Origin: Candidatus Cryptobacteroides sp.
GTDB lineage: Bacteria > Bacteroidota > Bacteroidia > Bacteroidales > UBA932
Assembly: GCA_045127685.1 (NCBI GenBank)
Contig: JBGVQP010000043.1
Location: 242-64,241, forward strand
Length of the DNA stretch: 64,000 nucleotides
Direction of reading: 5' to 3'
The notes below the pieces were generated by a model, which saw nothing but the letters and a program-made list of their open reading frames with translations, had not been told where the DNA came from and did not search any database. Both the position numbers and the translations under genes were made by a program. This document shows, one piece after another, positions 44,735 through 54,940 of the stretch (position 1 is its first letter; every line of letters begins with the position of its first letter).

Positions 44735-47413
44735 TTATTCCCACTCAAACTGGATTTTGTTGCCGAATCCTTCATGACTTAAGGTCAGGTCAAGCTCTTT
44801 TTCGTCTACCGTAATCTTACCTGACTGTTCATCATAAAATACCTTGACCGGGTCGGTAGCGACTTTAGACCATGATATTGCTGTAACAAATCTGGTTTTC
44901 TGTGCTGTCTTGGATATTTTAATCAGTGCCATTTCTTCTTCAGCATCTCCCTGATGTCTGGCTTCAATAGTCTGCGAATATTTTCCCATAGACGTTCCGG
45001 AAGAAAGACTCTCTATACGGATATTGTGTATATCGGTACGGTCCGTATATACATTGCCTAAGCATGTTCCTGTCTGAGATTCCGGATAAATCTGCACTTT
45101 GATATCCATGGACTTGGTGCACTCTATATCATCTACAATCACGACTACATCCTTTGTCTTGAACCAAATGAATTTTCTGATATATGTCTTAACGGCAGCA
45201 GCATCCTGATATGAAGCTGACATATCTGAAACAATGGTTTCAACGCCTTCTTCCGCCGAAATGGAAGTGATGGAAGGATATCTTGCCGGTGTCAAAGGCC
45301 AAGGAGAAAAATATCCTGACTTATCTCCCCACAGTCCGTTTCCGCCAATCAGAGCAACGTTATGATATTTACTCTGACGCTTTACATATCCTGTATTCCT
45401 GACGATGTACTCTCCATCATCATAGATTACAAAATGGCCGGCATCAGGATGAACGTGGCCGAGATCGCCTTGAGAGTATCCGGAAGATGGACCGGCAGAC
45501 TTGCCCAAAGGAGCACCACACCTGTATATTACAACTGTTTCTGCGCCATTCCAACCTGTTCTGGATGCATAAAAACCGGTTTCCTCAAAATGATGACTTT
45601 CAGGCATATCGGACGGTATTGATGCATTCACAGAAGGATCATACCACAGCACATCAAGCCATGATGATGACACATCATATTTCACAGCTTCCTCAGCCCA
45701 CGCCTGTGATGTACCGTCATTGTTCATCGCCGCGAGCTTATGGAAAATATGCACTGGTCCATACCAGCACACCCGCTTTGCATCACCCCAGTCTACAAGG
45801 CTTTCCGTTTTTGATGCAAAATACAAAGGCAAGATGAAATGCCTTCCGAACTTGGCGGTATTCTGCCAGAATGATGTGTTATTGGCGTAGAAATCAGAAC
45901 CAAGAGACTTCGCCAGATCAAAATCGATCATAAGAAACTCCATTCCATACTGCCAATATCCGGGTCCTTCCTGACTTACACCATCCTTGATAAGAAGCCT
46001 CGAAACCTTACCGAGAGTTGTAAGTGCGAACTCCTTCCATAAAGATGTTTCCTCATAATCCTTATGCAGGGCCATGGCAGAAGTCAGAATTCCGCAGATA
46101 TTGATCCAGCAGTGATTTGTCAGAAGATTAAGACTTTCATTTGTATATGCATTGTACAGTCTGCTTGCACGTGCATAAACCGTCTCCCTTACTTTCTGCA
46201 ACTGACTCCTTGTCAGGTATCCCTGTCCATAATCGTACAGCATGGCAAGTCCAAGAAGCTGGTGACCATATGCAAGACCGAATTCCTGACCGTCGGAAGT
46301 ATTGTCTGTACCCCATGTAGGATAAGAAGCACTCTTTTCTGCCCATGCATATGCCTTGTCAAAGTACTTCTGGTCCTCAGACATATAACCGGCAAATGCC
46401 AGAGACTGTATAGTGTTACCGACTTCTCTCTGCCAGAGTTGCTCTCCTTCATCATCCTTAAACTCTGCCGGTGTACGTCTCATATAATTGTCCGCCTTTA
46501 CCTTCACTCTCTGCCACACTTCAGCATGCGTCGTCTCCAACTTTGCCTTTAATTCCTCTCCTTGCTGGTAATCAAAGAACAGGACAGGATGACCGTCAGG
46601 AACAAACGGAATGTATTCATTTATCACTCCCATTTCTATATGGGAAGAACGTGACAGTTCGAATGGTTCGCTTTCCTTTACATAAGTATTGCCTGTCTTA
46701 TCATACGACGTGGTCCTGAGTCCTTTTTTGAACTCATTCGGCAGAAGTGCCACATAGTATTTTACATCGGGAACAAAACTTCCTTCGACAGTGACGGACT
46801 TGACTCCATTCACGACCTCTGCCGTCGGAGGATAAGCCTTGCAATCCACCCTTATCTTGCCGGCAATATCTTCATTGCTGCAGCCTTCAAAGACAATCCT
46901 TGATACATTATCCGAGCTTACCGAAAACTCAACGAGAGCACAGATATTACGGAATGTCATATCGGAACTCGTTGTATAGGCAACCGAAGGATTATAAGCA
47001 AATGTTCCTGCAACCGTATTCTGCAAAGAAGGCAATGTAAATGTTACGGATGTACCACTCCATTTTGCAGACTCATCATATGGACAAAGGGCATAATATG
47101 TATTGCCCTTCTTCAGAGTAAGCCCCTCATTGACTGGAGAGAGTTCTGCCGTGTTGTTAGATGTCCCGATCAGAGACGCCACAAAACGATGAGCGGCAAC
47201 GCCATTGTATACCATTACTCCGTCACCTTCCACCCATCCCACAGTCATGTCATCATTGAGAACGGTCTTGGTCTCCGAGACCTTTTCTGCGAAAGACGCA
47301 GTAAATTTCTCAAATTCAGGGTTTGTTGTCGAAGTCCCCGGTTCTTTTTCATTGCTGCATGCATATAGCAATACAGCAGCTAAGAATATCTTCATACGTT
47401 TCATTATTCCCAT
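44735..47413 (-). CDS. lipoprotein: N-terminal binding-like module fused to heparinase II/III-like polysaccharide lyase
   Basis: 892 aa (alternative start 47404, TAATG overlap with susD). Lipobox LLYAC plus SNEKE. C-terminal about 600 aa: an alpha/alpha-toroid-like region (HPVLFFDYQQGEELKAKL) and the heparinase II/III motif GHVHPDAGHFVIYDDGEYIV. Confidence 0.7.
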   Translation of the reverse strand: MGIMKRMKIFLAAVLLYACSNEKEPGTSTTNPEFEKFTASFAEKVSETKTVLNDDMTVGWVEGDGVMVYNGVAAHRFVASLIGTSNNTAELSPVNEGLTLKKGNTYYALCPYDESAKWSGTSVTFTLPSLQNTVAGTFAYNPSVAYTTSSDMTFRNICALVEFSVSSDNVSRIVFEGCSNEDIAGKIRVDCKAYPPTAEVVNGVKSVTVEGSFVPDVKYYVALLPNEFKKGLRTTSYDKTGNTYVKESEPFELSRSSHIEMGVINEYIPFVPDGHPVLFFDYQQGEELKAKLETTHAEVWQRVKVKADNYMRRTPAEFKDDEGEQLWQREVGNTIQSLAFAGYMSEDQKYFDKAYAWAEKSASYPTWGTDNTSDGQEFGLAYGHQLLGLAMLYDYGQGYLTRSQLQKVRETVYARASRLYNAYTNESLNLLTNHCWINICGILTSAMALHKDYEETSLWKEFALTTLGKVSRLLIKDGVSQEGPGYWQYGMEFLMIDFDLAKSLGSDFYANNTSFWQNTAKFGRHFILPLYFASKTESLVDWGDAKRVCWYGPVHIFHKLAAMNNDGTSQAWAEEAVKYDVSSSWLDVLWYDPSVNASIPSDMPESHHFEETGFYASRTGWNGAETVVIYRCGAPLGKSAGPSSGYSQGDLGHVHPDAGHFVIYDDGEYIVRNTGYVKRQSKYHNVALIGGNGLWGDKSGYFSPWPLTPARYPSITSISAEEGVETIVSDMSASYQDAAAVKTYIRKFIWFKTKDVVVIVDDIECTKSMDIKVQIYPESQTGTCLGNVYTDRTDIHNIRIESLSSGTSMGKYSQTIEARHQGDAEEEMALIKISKTAQKTRFVTAISWSKVATDPVKVFYDEQSGKITVDEKELDLTLSHEGFGNKIQFEWE

Positions 47414-49071
47414 CCCGGATTATTTTCAGTTATAGCCTTGTTTACCGACATTTCCAATTCAGGAATAGGCAACAGAAGATGACGTTCAGCAACATTCTTA
47501 TATGAACGTGCCACCATCTGAGGACCAGTAGGATTCGTACTTGTATACGGGAAGCCACTACCGTTCTGAGTAAATATCGGATTATACACTTCGTTGCCGT
47601 TCACTGTAACTTTGACCGGCAGCTCTTCAAGCCATTTACCAATGTTTTCCATTGTTTTCAGGAAATCTCCCCAACGGATAAGATCCAATTTTCTATGAGA
47701 CTCCATTGCAAGTTCTCTGGCTCTTTCATCCTTGATATATTTGAGGAAATCAACCTGTGACATTGCTGTCTTATCGACATCTGCCGCAGGTGTCATCGGG
47801 TCAAGACCGAATGCACGACGACGCACCTGATTGACAGCCTCAAGAGACTCTGCTGTCGAACCTTCGTTGACATGATTGTCAGCTTCAGCAAACATCAGGA
47901 GAACGTCAGAGTATCTGAGCAGAGGATAATTTGTCGAATTACCCCAGGAATATACAGGAAGGTTTATCTCATACTCCCTCCTGAACTTACCTGGATAACG
48001 GAAACGGAACTCGTCTTTATACCTGAGTTTGCTGATTCTGTCAACATTCTCGTACATATAAGGCATTATTGTCCAGTCTCTTCTAAGATCTCCTTCTTCA
48101 TAAAGCTCATAAAGCTGCGGCGTACAATAGAAGTATCCTCTTCCTCTAGCAATTGATTCCTTGGTGAGGTCATCAACCATATAGTCTTTCGAGAATTGAG
48201 GAGTATAATATGATGCAAACCCTGCCGTCTCCCTCATTTCATCGGAATATACATTTCCATGACATTCCACCTCAAAAATCGACTCTTTCAACTCATACCT
48301 GTCCTGCATCAGATTGATGAATACATCCTTATAGCTTGGATTCAAAGCACAGAATTGTTCATCAATCAGACTTTTGGCCCATTTTCGTGCATCACCATAA
48401 TACTCATCTATCCCAAGACGTCCGGCAGCATTCAGATAAACTCTTGCAAGGATTCCCTTGACTGCCTGCTTGCTTACCCTTCCGGAAAATCCAAGTGCAG
48501 AAAGATCCTCAACCATCTCAAAAGCCGTCTCCATATCCGTAAAGACAGATCCATATATTTCTGCAGATGGTGACTTCGGAGTATAAGCCTTGTCCGCTGA
48601 TGGAGTAGATGATAGTTTTAGAGGAACATCTCCCCAATAGGCTGTTAGAAGAAAATGATAGTATCCTCTCAAGAACAAAGCCTCGCCCTTGATCTGCTTT
48701 ATCACTTCTGCATCACAATCTGCATTATCGGCATTCTCAAGCAATACATTAGCGTTATCAATACCCTTGTATAGTTCCTGCCAGGTCACTTTTACTGTAT
48801 TGTCTGCCTTGTCATGATTGTAATAGTATGGTATCATCTGAGGAGCAGATTCTTTTGAAAAGACTTCATCCGTAGCCTGAGACAGATATACGCTGATGTA
48901 ATCGCTGTACACGTCCCTCAACGGGTCATATACTGTCGCCAATGCCATCTCAAGCTCATCCTGGTTGCTGTACCATGTGGATGGAGAAGTAAAATCCTGA
49001 GGTTCCTTGTCAAGACATGCTGACGTCATCATGGCAACCATCGCCAATATGATATATTTCTTCATTTTCAT
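47404..49071 (-). CDS. susD: SusD/RagB-family nutrient-binding outer-membrane lipoprotein
   Basis: 555 aa. Lipobox MTSAC plus LDKEP. TPR-like SusD core (ALFLRGYYHFLLTAYWGDVPL) and a conserved C-terminal ...ENNPGW. Directly downstream of susC. Confidence 0.9.
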   Translation of the reverse strand: MKMKKYIILAMVAMMTSACLDKEPQDFTSPSTWYSNQDELEMALATVYDPLRDVYSDYISVYLSQATDEVFSKESAPQMIPYYYNHDKADNTVKVTWQELYKGIDNANVLLENADNADCDAEVIKQIKGEALFLRGYYHFLLTAYWGDVPLKLSSTPSADKAYTPKSPSAEIYGSVFTDMETAFEMVEDLSALGFSGRVSKQAVKGILARVYLNAAGRLGIDEYYGDARKWAKSLIDEQFCALNPSYKDVFINLMQDRYELKESIFEVECHGNVYSDEMRETAGFASYYTPQFSKDYMVDDLTKESIARGRGYFYCTPQLYELYEEGDLRRDWTIMPYMYENVDRISKLRYKDEFRFRYPGKFRREYEINLPVYSWGNSTNYPLLRYSDVLLMFAEADNHVNEGSTAESLEAVNQVRRRAFGLDPMTPAADVDKTAMSQVDFLKYIKDERARELAMESHRKLDLIRWGDFLKTMENIGKWLEELPVKVTVNGNEVYNPIFTQNGSGFPYTSTNPTGPQMVARSYKNVAERHLLLPIPELEMSVNKAITENNPGWE

Positions 49072-49079
49072 GGATTTTA

Positions 49080-52000
49080 TCAGAATGAAAGATTAAGACC
49101 AAAAGTGAATGTCCTGCTTCGTGGATAGGACAGATAGTCAAATCCCGGAGTAAGCGGAGTATTATAGATGGATACTTCCGGATCATATCCTGAGTATCTT
49201 GTAAGAGTAAGCAGGTTCTGTGCAGACACATATACCCTGAAGCCGGAAATGACCTTGTTCTTCAGATACTTCTGCGGAATGGAATATCCGAGCTGGACAG
49301 TCTTGAGTCTTAGGTAAGAGGCGTCCTCCAATGTTCTGTCTGAATAATAATTTATTTTACCTCCGCCAGGAACATAATTGACTGCATCCGTATTTTCAGG
49401 AGACCATCTGTCCGCATAGGAAGCAAACTGATTCAATCCGAATCTGTATGTTCCTTCAAAGAGAATCCTGTTGGCATTCAATACCTTGTTGCCATAGCTG
49501 AACTGAAGGAATACATTCAGGTCAAAGCCTTTATATGTGAAAGTATTTGAAAAACCACCGATAAAGAGAGGATTAGGATCTCCCAATACAACCCTGTCGG
49601 CATCACCGATATGTCCGTCCCCGGCATCAGGAATACCATCTCCATCGGTATCTACAGTAGGCTGGTCCTTGAACTTCACATATCCCGGCTTGATCTGGTT
49701 ACGGGCCATGCCGTTGTCAGGAACATTATCCTTCAGCACATAATTACGTGATTCGTGAGGAATTGAAGGATCAGAATCATTCTGCCATGTAAAGTCCGCA
49801 ATCTGATAGAGTCCGTCTGACTGCATTCCCACGAACATGGTGACCGGACAACCGACCCTAGTCTCATAAAGAGGAACGCTTTCCCAATCACTACCCCATC
49901 TCATCTGCGTATATCTATACTTTTCACCATCAGTCAGGGCGGTTACACGCGACCTGTTGAAAGAGATGTTCAAGTTTGATGTCCATGTAAAATTCTTCTT
50001 CAAGATATTCACCGTGTTCAGAGTGAACTCAAATCCCTGATTAACTACCGCTCCGATATTCATCATGGCATTCTGATAACCTGATGACAACGGAAGGTTT
50101 GCCTTCAGAAGCAGATCTGTCGTGTTTTTGTGATAATAATCGGCAATAACTGTAATCCTGTCGTCAAACAATGACAGATCGAGACCTACATCTGCCGCAG
50201 CCGTACTTTCCCAACGTAGATTATAGTTTCCGAGTGTGGCCAGATTGGCTCCCTGAGTCAGATCGTTATTCCATCCGTATCCGTTCTGATTGGAAACAGT
50301 AAGAGACGACATATAATCAAAAGCACCTACTCTGTTGTTACCTGTAAGTCCATAACTTGCACGTACCTTTGCATCTGAAATAACGCTGTTATCTTTGAGA
50401 AAATCCTCCTGTGAAAGTCTCCAGGAGACGGCCCCCGAAGGGAAGAAACCCCATCTGTTTTCCTTAGGGAATTTCGATGAACCGTCAGCACGCATAGAGA
50501 AGGTAAGATAATATTTCCTGTCATAATTATAGTTGACTCTGAACAGGGCGGAATGAAGGGCACTGCTGTTCTTTGATGATTTCAATGGTTGTGCAGCTCC
50601 CTCATCCAGACCGCTTATTCCAAGACTTTCACGAGGAACATCCCATGCAGTGCCACGAAATTGCGACCAGTTGTAATTTTGCATTGTATAACCTACCATT
50701 GCATTCAGATTGTGCTTCCTCTTGAATGTACGGTTATAAGTAAGAGTATTCTCGTTAAGCAATGACGAACGTGTCGTATATTCGGCAAATCCATTCACAC
50801 CCTTGATTATGCCCGTAACTTTCAACGAATAAGGATGCTTACTGTTGAAGAAGTCTTCTGTCACTGCAAGATTGAGGTTTGCTCCACCGGAAATCCTGAG
50901 CTTGAAATACTTTGCAAAAATCAGTTCCGCAAAGACGTTGGCATTGAAATTATGCTGCTTGTAGGTCTTCTCCTCGTTGTCGAGATACAGACGCGGGTTA
51001 TATCTGTTGCCGTAAGTGGACAGTTCCACGATTTCGGCATCTTCATCCGAATAAAGAAGATTATCAATAGAACTGCTTCCCGAAACCGGCCTGTAACCCC
51101 ACATATTGTACATCTGCGTCAAAGATGCCTCAGCATTGCTTTCAGGCATACGCACGGACGAACCATACTGGTTTGTATGGGCATAAGTAGCATTTATTCC
51201 GAAACGAAGATTCTTGCTTGCATTAACATCCAGCTTAAGCCTTCCGGATATTCGGTCGTATCCACCTCCAACAATGATACCTTCCTGATTAAGGTAATTG
51301 ATGGAAGTTGCATACTGGATGGACTTGGAACCACCTGTAACCGAAACAGTATGATCATTTATCGGTGCTAGCTGAAGACAACGTGCCTGCCAGTCTATAT
51401 ACTGGACATTCCTGTAATAATCCAACGACTTGGTATTGAAACCGTTGGAATTGGGCTTGAAATACATTTCAGGGCCCCTGACAGGATCCAGTTCCACCTG
51501 AAGCCTGACAAATTCATACGGATCCATAAGTTCCATCTTGTTGGTAGAGAACTGGAAGCCGGTCTTACCATCATACGTGACTTTCGTTTTTCCCTGCTTT
51601 CCGCTTTTTGTTGTCACGAGAATGACTCCATTTGCACCTCGGGCTCCATAGATTGCCGTAGAAGACGCATCCTTGAGCACATCAATGGATTCTATATCCG
51701 AAGGATTCAGCGACGATGCATCGAAACTGTCCATTGGAAAACCATCGATTACATAAAGCGGAGAGTTATCCTGAGTCAATGAGTTCTGACCTCGTATGAC
51801 AATATTTATTGCCGAGCCTGGCTCTCCTTCTGTGGATGTGACCTGCACACCGGCAACTCGTCCTGCAAGAGCCTCTTCGAACGATCGTACAGGTGCCTTG
51901 ATCATTTCCTCTGTCTTCACTGATGCAACTGAACCTGTAAGGTCAACTCTACGTACATAACCATAACCTATCACGACCGCATCCTCAAGCTGCTCCATGT

Positions 52001-52283
52001 CCTCATACATGGTCACATCTATCCGAGTCTGATTTCCCACCTTCTCCTGATATTCCTTATATCCTAGAATTGAATAAATAAGAATATCACCATTCTTTAC
52101 CTTGATGCGATAGTCTCCAGCGCTGTTTGTCAGGGCATTGACTGTCTTATCCTGGGTCATCACCACGGCACCTGGCAAAGCCCTGCCTTCATCATCCGTA
52201 ACCCTTCCTCTAATTTCAATCGTCTGGGCTGATGCAATACTGCACATAAGTGTCAAGATTGCCAATATATATAGTCTTTTCAT
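49080..52283 (-). CDS. susC: SusC/RagA-family TonB-dependent outer-membrane transporter
   Basis: 1067 aa. Signal peptide, CarboxypepD_reg-like start (IRGRVTDDEGRALPGAVV), the plug motif (IDVLKDASSTAIYGARGANGVILVTTK) and a C-terminal aromatic residue (LNLSF). Confidence 0.95.
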   Translation of the reverse strand: MKRLYILAILTLMCSIASAQTIEIRGRVTDDEGRALPGAVVMTQDKTVNALTNSAGDYRIKVKNGDILIYSILGYKEYQEKVGNQTRIDVTMYEDMEQLEDAVVIGYGYVRRVDLTGSVASVKTEEMIKAPVRSFEEALAGRVAGVQVTSTEGEPGSAINIVIRGQNSLTQDNSPLYVIDGFPMDSFDASSLNPSDIESIDVLKDASSTAIYGARGANGVILVTTKSGKQGKTKVTYDGKTGFQFSTNKMELMDPYEFVRLQVELDPVRGPEMYFKPNSNGFNTKSLDYYRNVQYIDWQARCLQLAPINDHTVSVTGGSKSIQYATSINYLNQEGIIVGGGYDRISGRLKLDVNASKNLRFGINATYAHTNQYGSSVRMPESNAEASLTQMYNMWGYRPVSGSSSIDNLLYSDEDAEIVELSTYGNRYNPRLYLDNEEKTYKQHNFNANVFAELIFAKYFKLRISGGANLNLAVTEDFFNSKHPYSLKVTGIIKGVNGFAEYTTRSSLLNENTLTYNRTFKRKHNLNAMVGYTMQNYNWSQFRGTAWDVPRESLGISGLDEGAAQPLKSSKNSSALHSALFRVNYNYDRKYYLTFSMRADGSSKFPKENRWGFFPSGAVSWRLSQEDFLKDNSVISDAKVRASYGLTGNNRVGAFDYMSSLTVSNQNGYGWNNDLTQGANLATLGNYNLRWESTAAADVGLDLSLFDDRITVIADYYHKNTTDLLLKANLPLSSGYQNAMMNIGAVVNQGFEFTLNTVNILKKNFTWTSNLNISFNRSRVTALTDGEKYRYTQMRWGSDWESVPLYETRVGCPVTMFVGMQSDGLYQIADFTWQNDSDPSIPHESRNYVLKDNVPDNGMARNQIKPGYVKFKDQPTVDTDGDGIPDAGDGHIGDADRVVLGDPNPLFIGGFSNTFTYKGFDLNVFLQFSYGNKVLNANRILFEGTYRFGLNQFASYADRWSPENTDAVNYVPGGGKINYYSDRTLEDASYLRLKTVQLGYSIPQKYLKNKVISGFRVYVSAQNLLTLTRYSGYDPEVSIYNTPLTPGFDYLSYPRSRTFTFGLNLSF

Positions 52284-52313
52284 ATCTGATACGGTATTAG
52301 ATCATTCTGCTAT

Positions 52314-53510
52314 TTACTGAGCATCTCGTACGCAACGCAGACTTGAACGGAAGTTTCCGGTACTGAATGCCGCACTGCGAGCCTGACTTGCAACCTTTAC
52401 ACTCGGACTTGAACTTCTGTTCACCTGCATCCTCCATACCTGACTGTCTGCAGATAATCTGGATTCAGACGAAAGCACACGTATTTCAACTGCACTATAT
52501 GTGGCACCAAAAATGTCACCATCGCTTCTCTCTCCTCCTCTCATATTCCAATAGAAATAGTCATATCCAGGATTCCTTTCCGCTGCGGCATCCACTTTCC
52601 AGTTTTCCTCAGTAATCATTTTACGCAATTGTGCCTCAGTCGGGAGTGCCCAGCCTTCAGGACAAACATTCACAGGTGCTGTTTCATTTGCAGATGGCTT
52701 TGCTATCATCTTGCGTGTCGGATCGCAGTAGTCGTTCCAGCATTTTGTAGGATCGACGGCTATTTCAACACCTGCTACATCTATTCCACATACCAGCGGA
52801 TAATAATATCCTCCAGGTGCAGTCCTGTCTCCGATTCCTCCTCTTGGCACAACGAGCCCTGCCTGAGTCACCAACACCTCTACCGCCTGGTTTTCTCTCC
52901 CGGTGATGTAAACTCTCCATACTGCCTCAAGATTATAGAAATTGACATTCGGGGCTGCTGTGAAATTCAAGGTATTGTTGACTATGTGCGGAGTGAAAAC
53001 CCTGTCTCCGCTGACATACTCGATATTCGGGTCCGAAGATGTAGGATTAGCTATCTCGCCGGTATAAGAGGCTGTTCCGTCTGCATTTACAGTATATCCT
53101 TTCTTTCCTCCTACAAGATCAGTTCCCAATTCCACATCGAAGAAATCGGAAATCTGTGTCAGACGAAAATATTTCATCTCACCAGAATAAGTCACCTTGA
53201 TCCAATCCTGGCGGATTGTTTTTCCGGTGTTTTCATCAATAGAGACAGTAAACTGACCAGCATTGTAGTCCGGCTCCAGCACAAAGCCCTGGGTGCCGTC
53301 CATAAGTTCAACAGTCCAGACAGTTCCTGCCCCACCGACAGTAACTGTGTAGGTCCGTGAAATAGCCGCATGAGTACTGTTCGGCCAATCATTAGTTGTC
53401 GAAATGACCTCAAAGGTCCTTATTTCCCCGATGACAGCGTCATCCTCATCATTACATCCGCATATAGCAAATGGGATGAAAACAACGAACAAGAATAAGT
53501 ATTTTCTCAT
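52314..53510 (-). CDS. PUL surface lipoprotein: BACON-like repeats plus FISUMP-like C-terminal module
   Basis: ORF trimmed to the ATG at 53510. Lipobox FAICGC followed by the strongly acidic NDEDD. The C-module (APGGYYYPLVCGIDVAG...CPEGWALPTEAQLRKM...LRCVRD) is paralogous to 43158..44540. Confidence 0.7.
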   Translation of the reverse strand: MRKYLFLFVVFIPFAICGCNDEDDAVIGEIRTFEVISTTNDWPNSTHAAISRTYTVTVGGAGTVWTVELMDGTQGFVLEPDYNAGQFTVSIDENTGKTIRQDWIKVTYSGEMKYFRLTQISDFFDVELGTDLVGGKKGYTVNADGTASYTGEIANPTSSDPNIEYVSGDRVFTPHIVNNTLNFTAAPNVNFYNLEAVWRVYITGRENQAVEVLVTQAGLVVPRGGIGDRTAPGGYYYPLVCGIDVAGVEIAVDPTKCWNDYCDPTRKMIAKPSANETAPVNVCPEGWALPTEAQLRKMITEENWKVDAAAERNPGYDYFYWNMRGGERSDGDIFGATYSAVEIRVLSSESRLSADSQVWRMQVNRSSSPSVKVASQARSAAFSTGNFRSSLRCVRDAQ

Positions 53511-53521
53511 AGTATCCAATA

Positions 53522-54940
53522 TTACCAGTTGTCTGTTCTGAACGGTGAAGCCGGAATCCCTGCCGTACTGAATACGGATGCCTCACACCAGTTTCTGAAT
53601 CCATATCTGACCGCTACAGGATTCTTTACCTGAGGGCATTTTACCACGATACAGTCGCGTTTTGTAGTTTCCGCCGTTGCTGGATAGAAAACCTTATCTT
53701 CTCCAGCCACCTCAAATCCCTCAAGTATCTCATTTCTAGGTCCGACACCACGTCCTCCAACCTTGAAATAAACATACGACATTCCATTCTTGAACTCTAC
53801 GCTCTTATATATCGGAGCCTCCAGATGAAGTCCCTGTATTCCGTACGTCTTCGTCAAGGCAAGATAGGCAAACCTCTCTCCCACCTCCTTCTTTTTTGGA
53901 GGGTGAATACAGCCCGGATGTCCAATATCCATTGTTGTCACCATTCCGCTGTTCTTTATATCCAAAAGTGATAACATCTGCTGTTCACGCAGCAATGCAT
54001 ATTCAATTCCTTCAGGATTCCTGTTGTTAAAAGGAGCGAGTTGGGCATAATAGAAAGGCATCTCAGGATTCTGGAACAGTTCTCTCATCATCTCGACATA
54101 AGCAGCCTGAAGCTTTCCGTATGGCCTCTTCTTGCCAACATCCTCACATCCTTGATACCACAAAAGTCCCTTTATCGTAAAAGGAATAATAGGAGCAATC
54201 ATGCCGTTGAACAAAAGCACAGGATGTTTGGACGGAATTTCCGGCATTTCACCTTTCTCAATGAAAGACAAGTCCACCTCGGGGAACTTCTTGGAAAGAG
54301 TTTCTTTATTCATCCATGCGAAAATCGGACTGCCGCCAAAATAAGGCATTACAAGACCAACCGGCACCTCCAAGACCTCATTTATAAGCTTCGCAAAATA
54401 ATATGCTGCCGCGCTGCACGTATTTACATTGGCCGGAGTATGTTCAAGCCACTGGACCTCACAATCCTCCAATTCTGTAAATGGTGTCGCACGCGGAATG
54501 GTACACATTCTTATCGGAACAGAAGGTTTTGCCCTTATGATATCTGCAGTTGAGCCTTCCACTGGCTGGTTATTATAACCGCTCATCTGCATTCCCATGT
54601 TAGACTGACCTGAGCAGAGCCATACTTCACCAATAAGGATATTTCTTACTGTTGTCTTCTCGCCATCATCAAATACAATGTCATATGGTGTCAAAGATGC
54701 CTGCGGAGTAGCCACCTTAACAAACCATTTTCCGTCAGCTCCAGTCTTTACCGTTGTCTTGACCTTGGTCCAACCAGGCATTATCACAACCTTCGAGTCT
54801 GGCTTGGCAGTTCCCCAAATTGCAACTTCTGTCTGCTGCTGAAGTACCATGTTGTCTGAAATGATACCTGCCGGCTTAACCTTTGCCGACAGTGCAATAC
54901 TCATGAAAAGAGTACAGATGATTGTAAGAAATCTTCTCAT
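53522..54940 (-). CDS. sialate O-acetylesterase-like SGNH carbohydrate esterase
   Basis: 472 aa with a signal peptide. N-terminal beta-sandwich then the catalytic block GEVWLCSGQSNMGMQM, typical of Bacteroides SASA/DUF303 esterases. Confidence 0.8.
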   Translation of the reverse strand: MRRFLTIICTLFMSIALSAKVKPAGIISDNMVLQQQTEVAIWGTAKPDSKVVIMPGWTKVKTTVKTGADGKWFVKVATPQASLTPYDIVFDDGEKTTVRNILIGEVWLCSGQSNMGMQMSGYNNQPVEGSTADIIRAKPSVPIRMCTIPRATPFTELEDCEVQWLEHTPANVNTCSAAAYYFAKLINEVLEVPVGLVMPYFGGSPIFAWMNKETLSKKFPEVDLSFIEKGEMPEIPSKHPVLLFNGMIAPIIPFTIKGLLWYQGCEDVGKKRPYGKLQAAYVEMMRELFQNPEMPFYYAQLAPFNNRNPEGIEYALLREQQMLSLLDIKNSGMVTTMDIGHPGCIHPPKKKEVGERFAYLALTKTYGIQGLHLEAPIYKSVEFKNGMSYVYFKVGGRGVGPRNEILEGFEVAGEDKVFYPATAETTKRDCIVVKCPQVKNPVAVRYGFRNWCEASVFSTAGIPASPFRTDNW

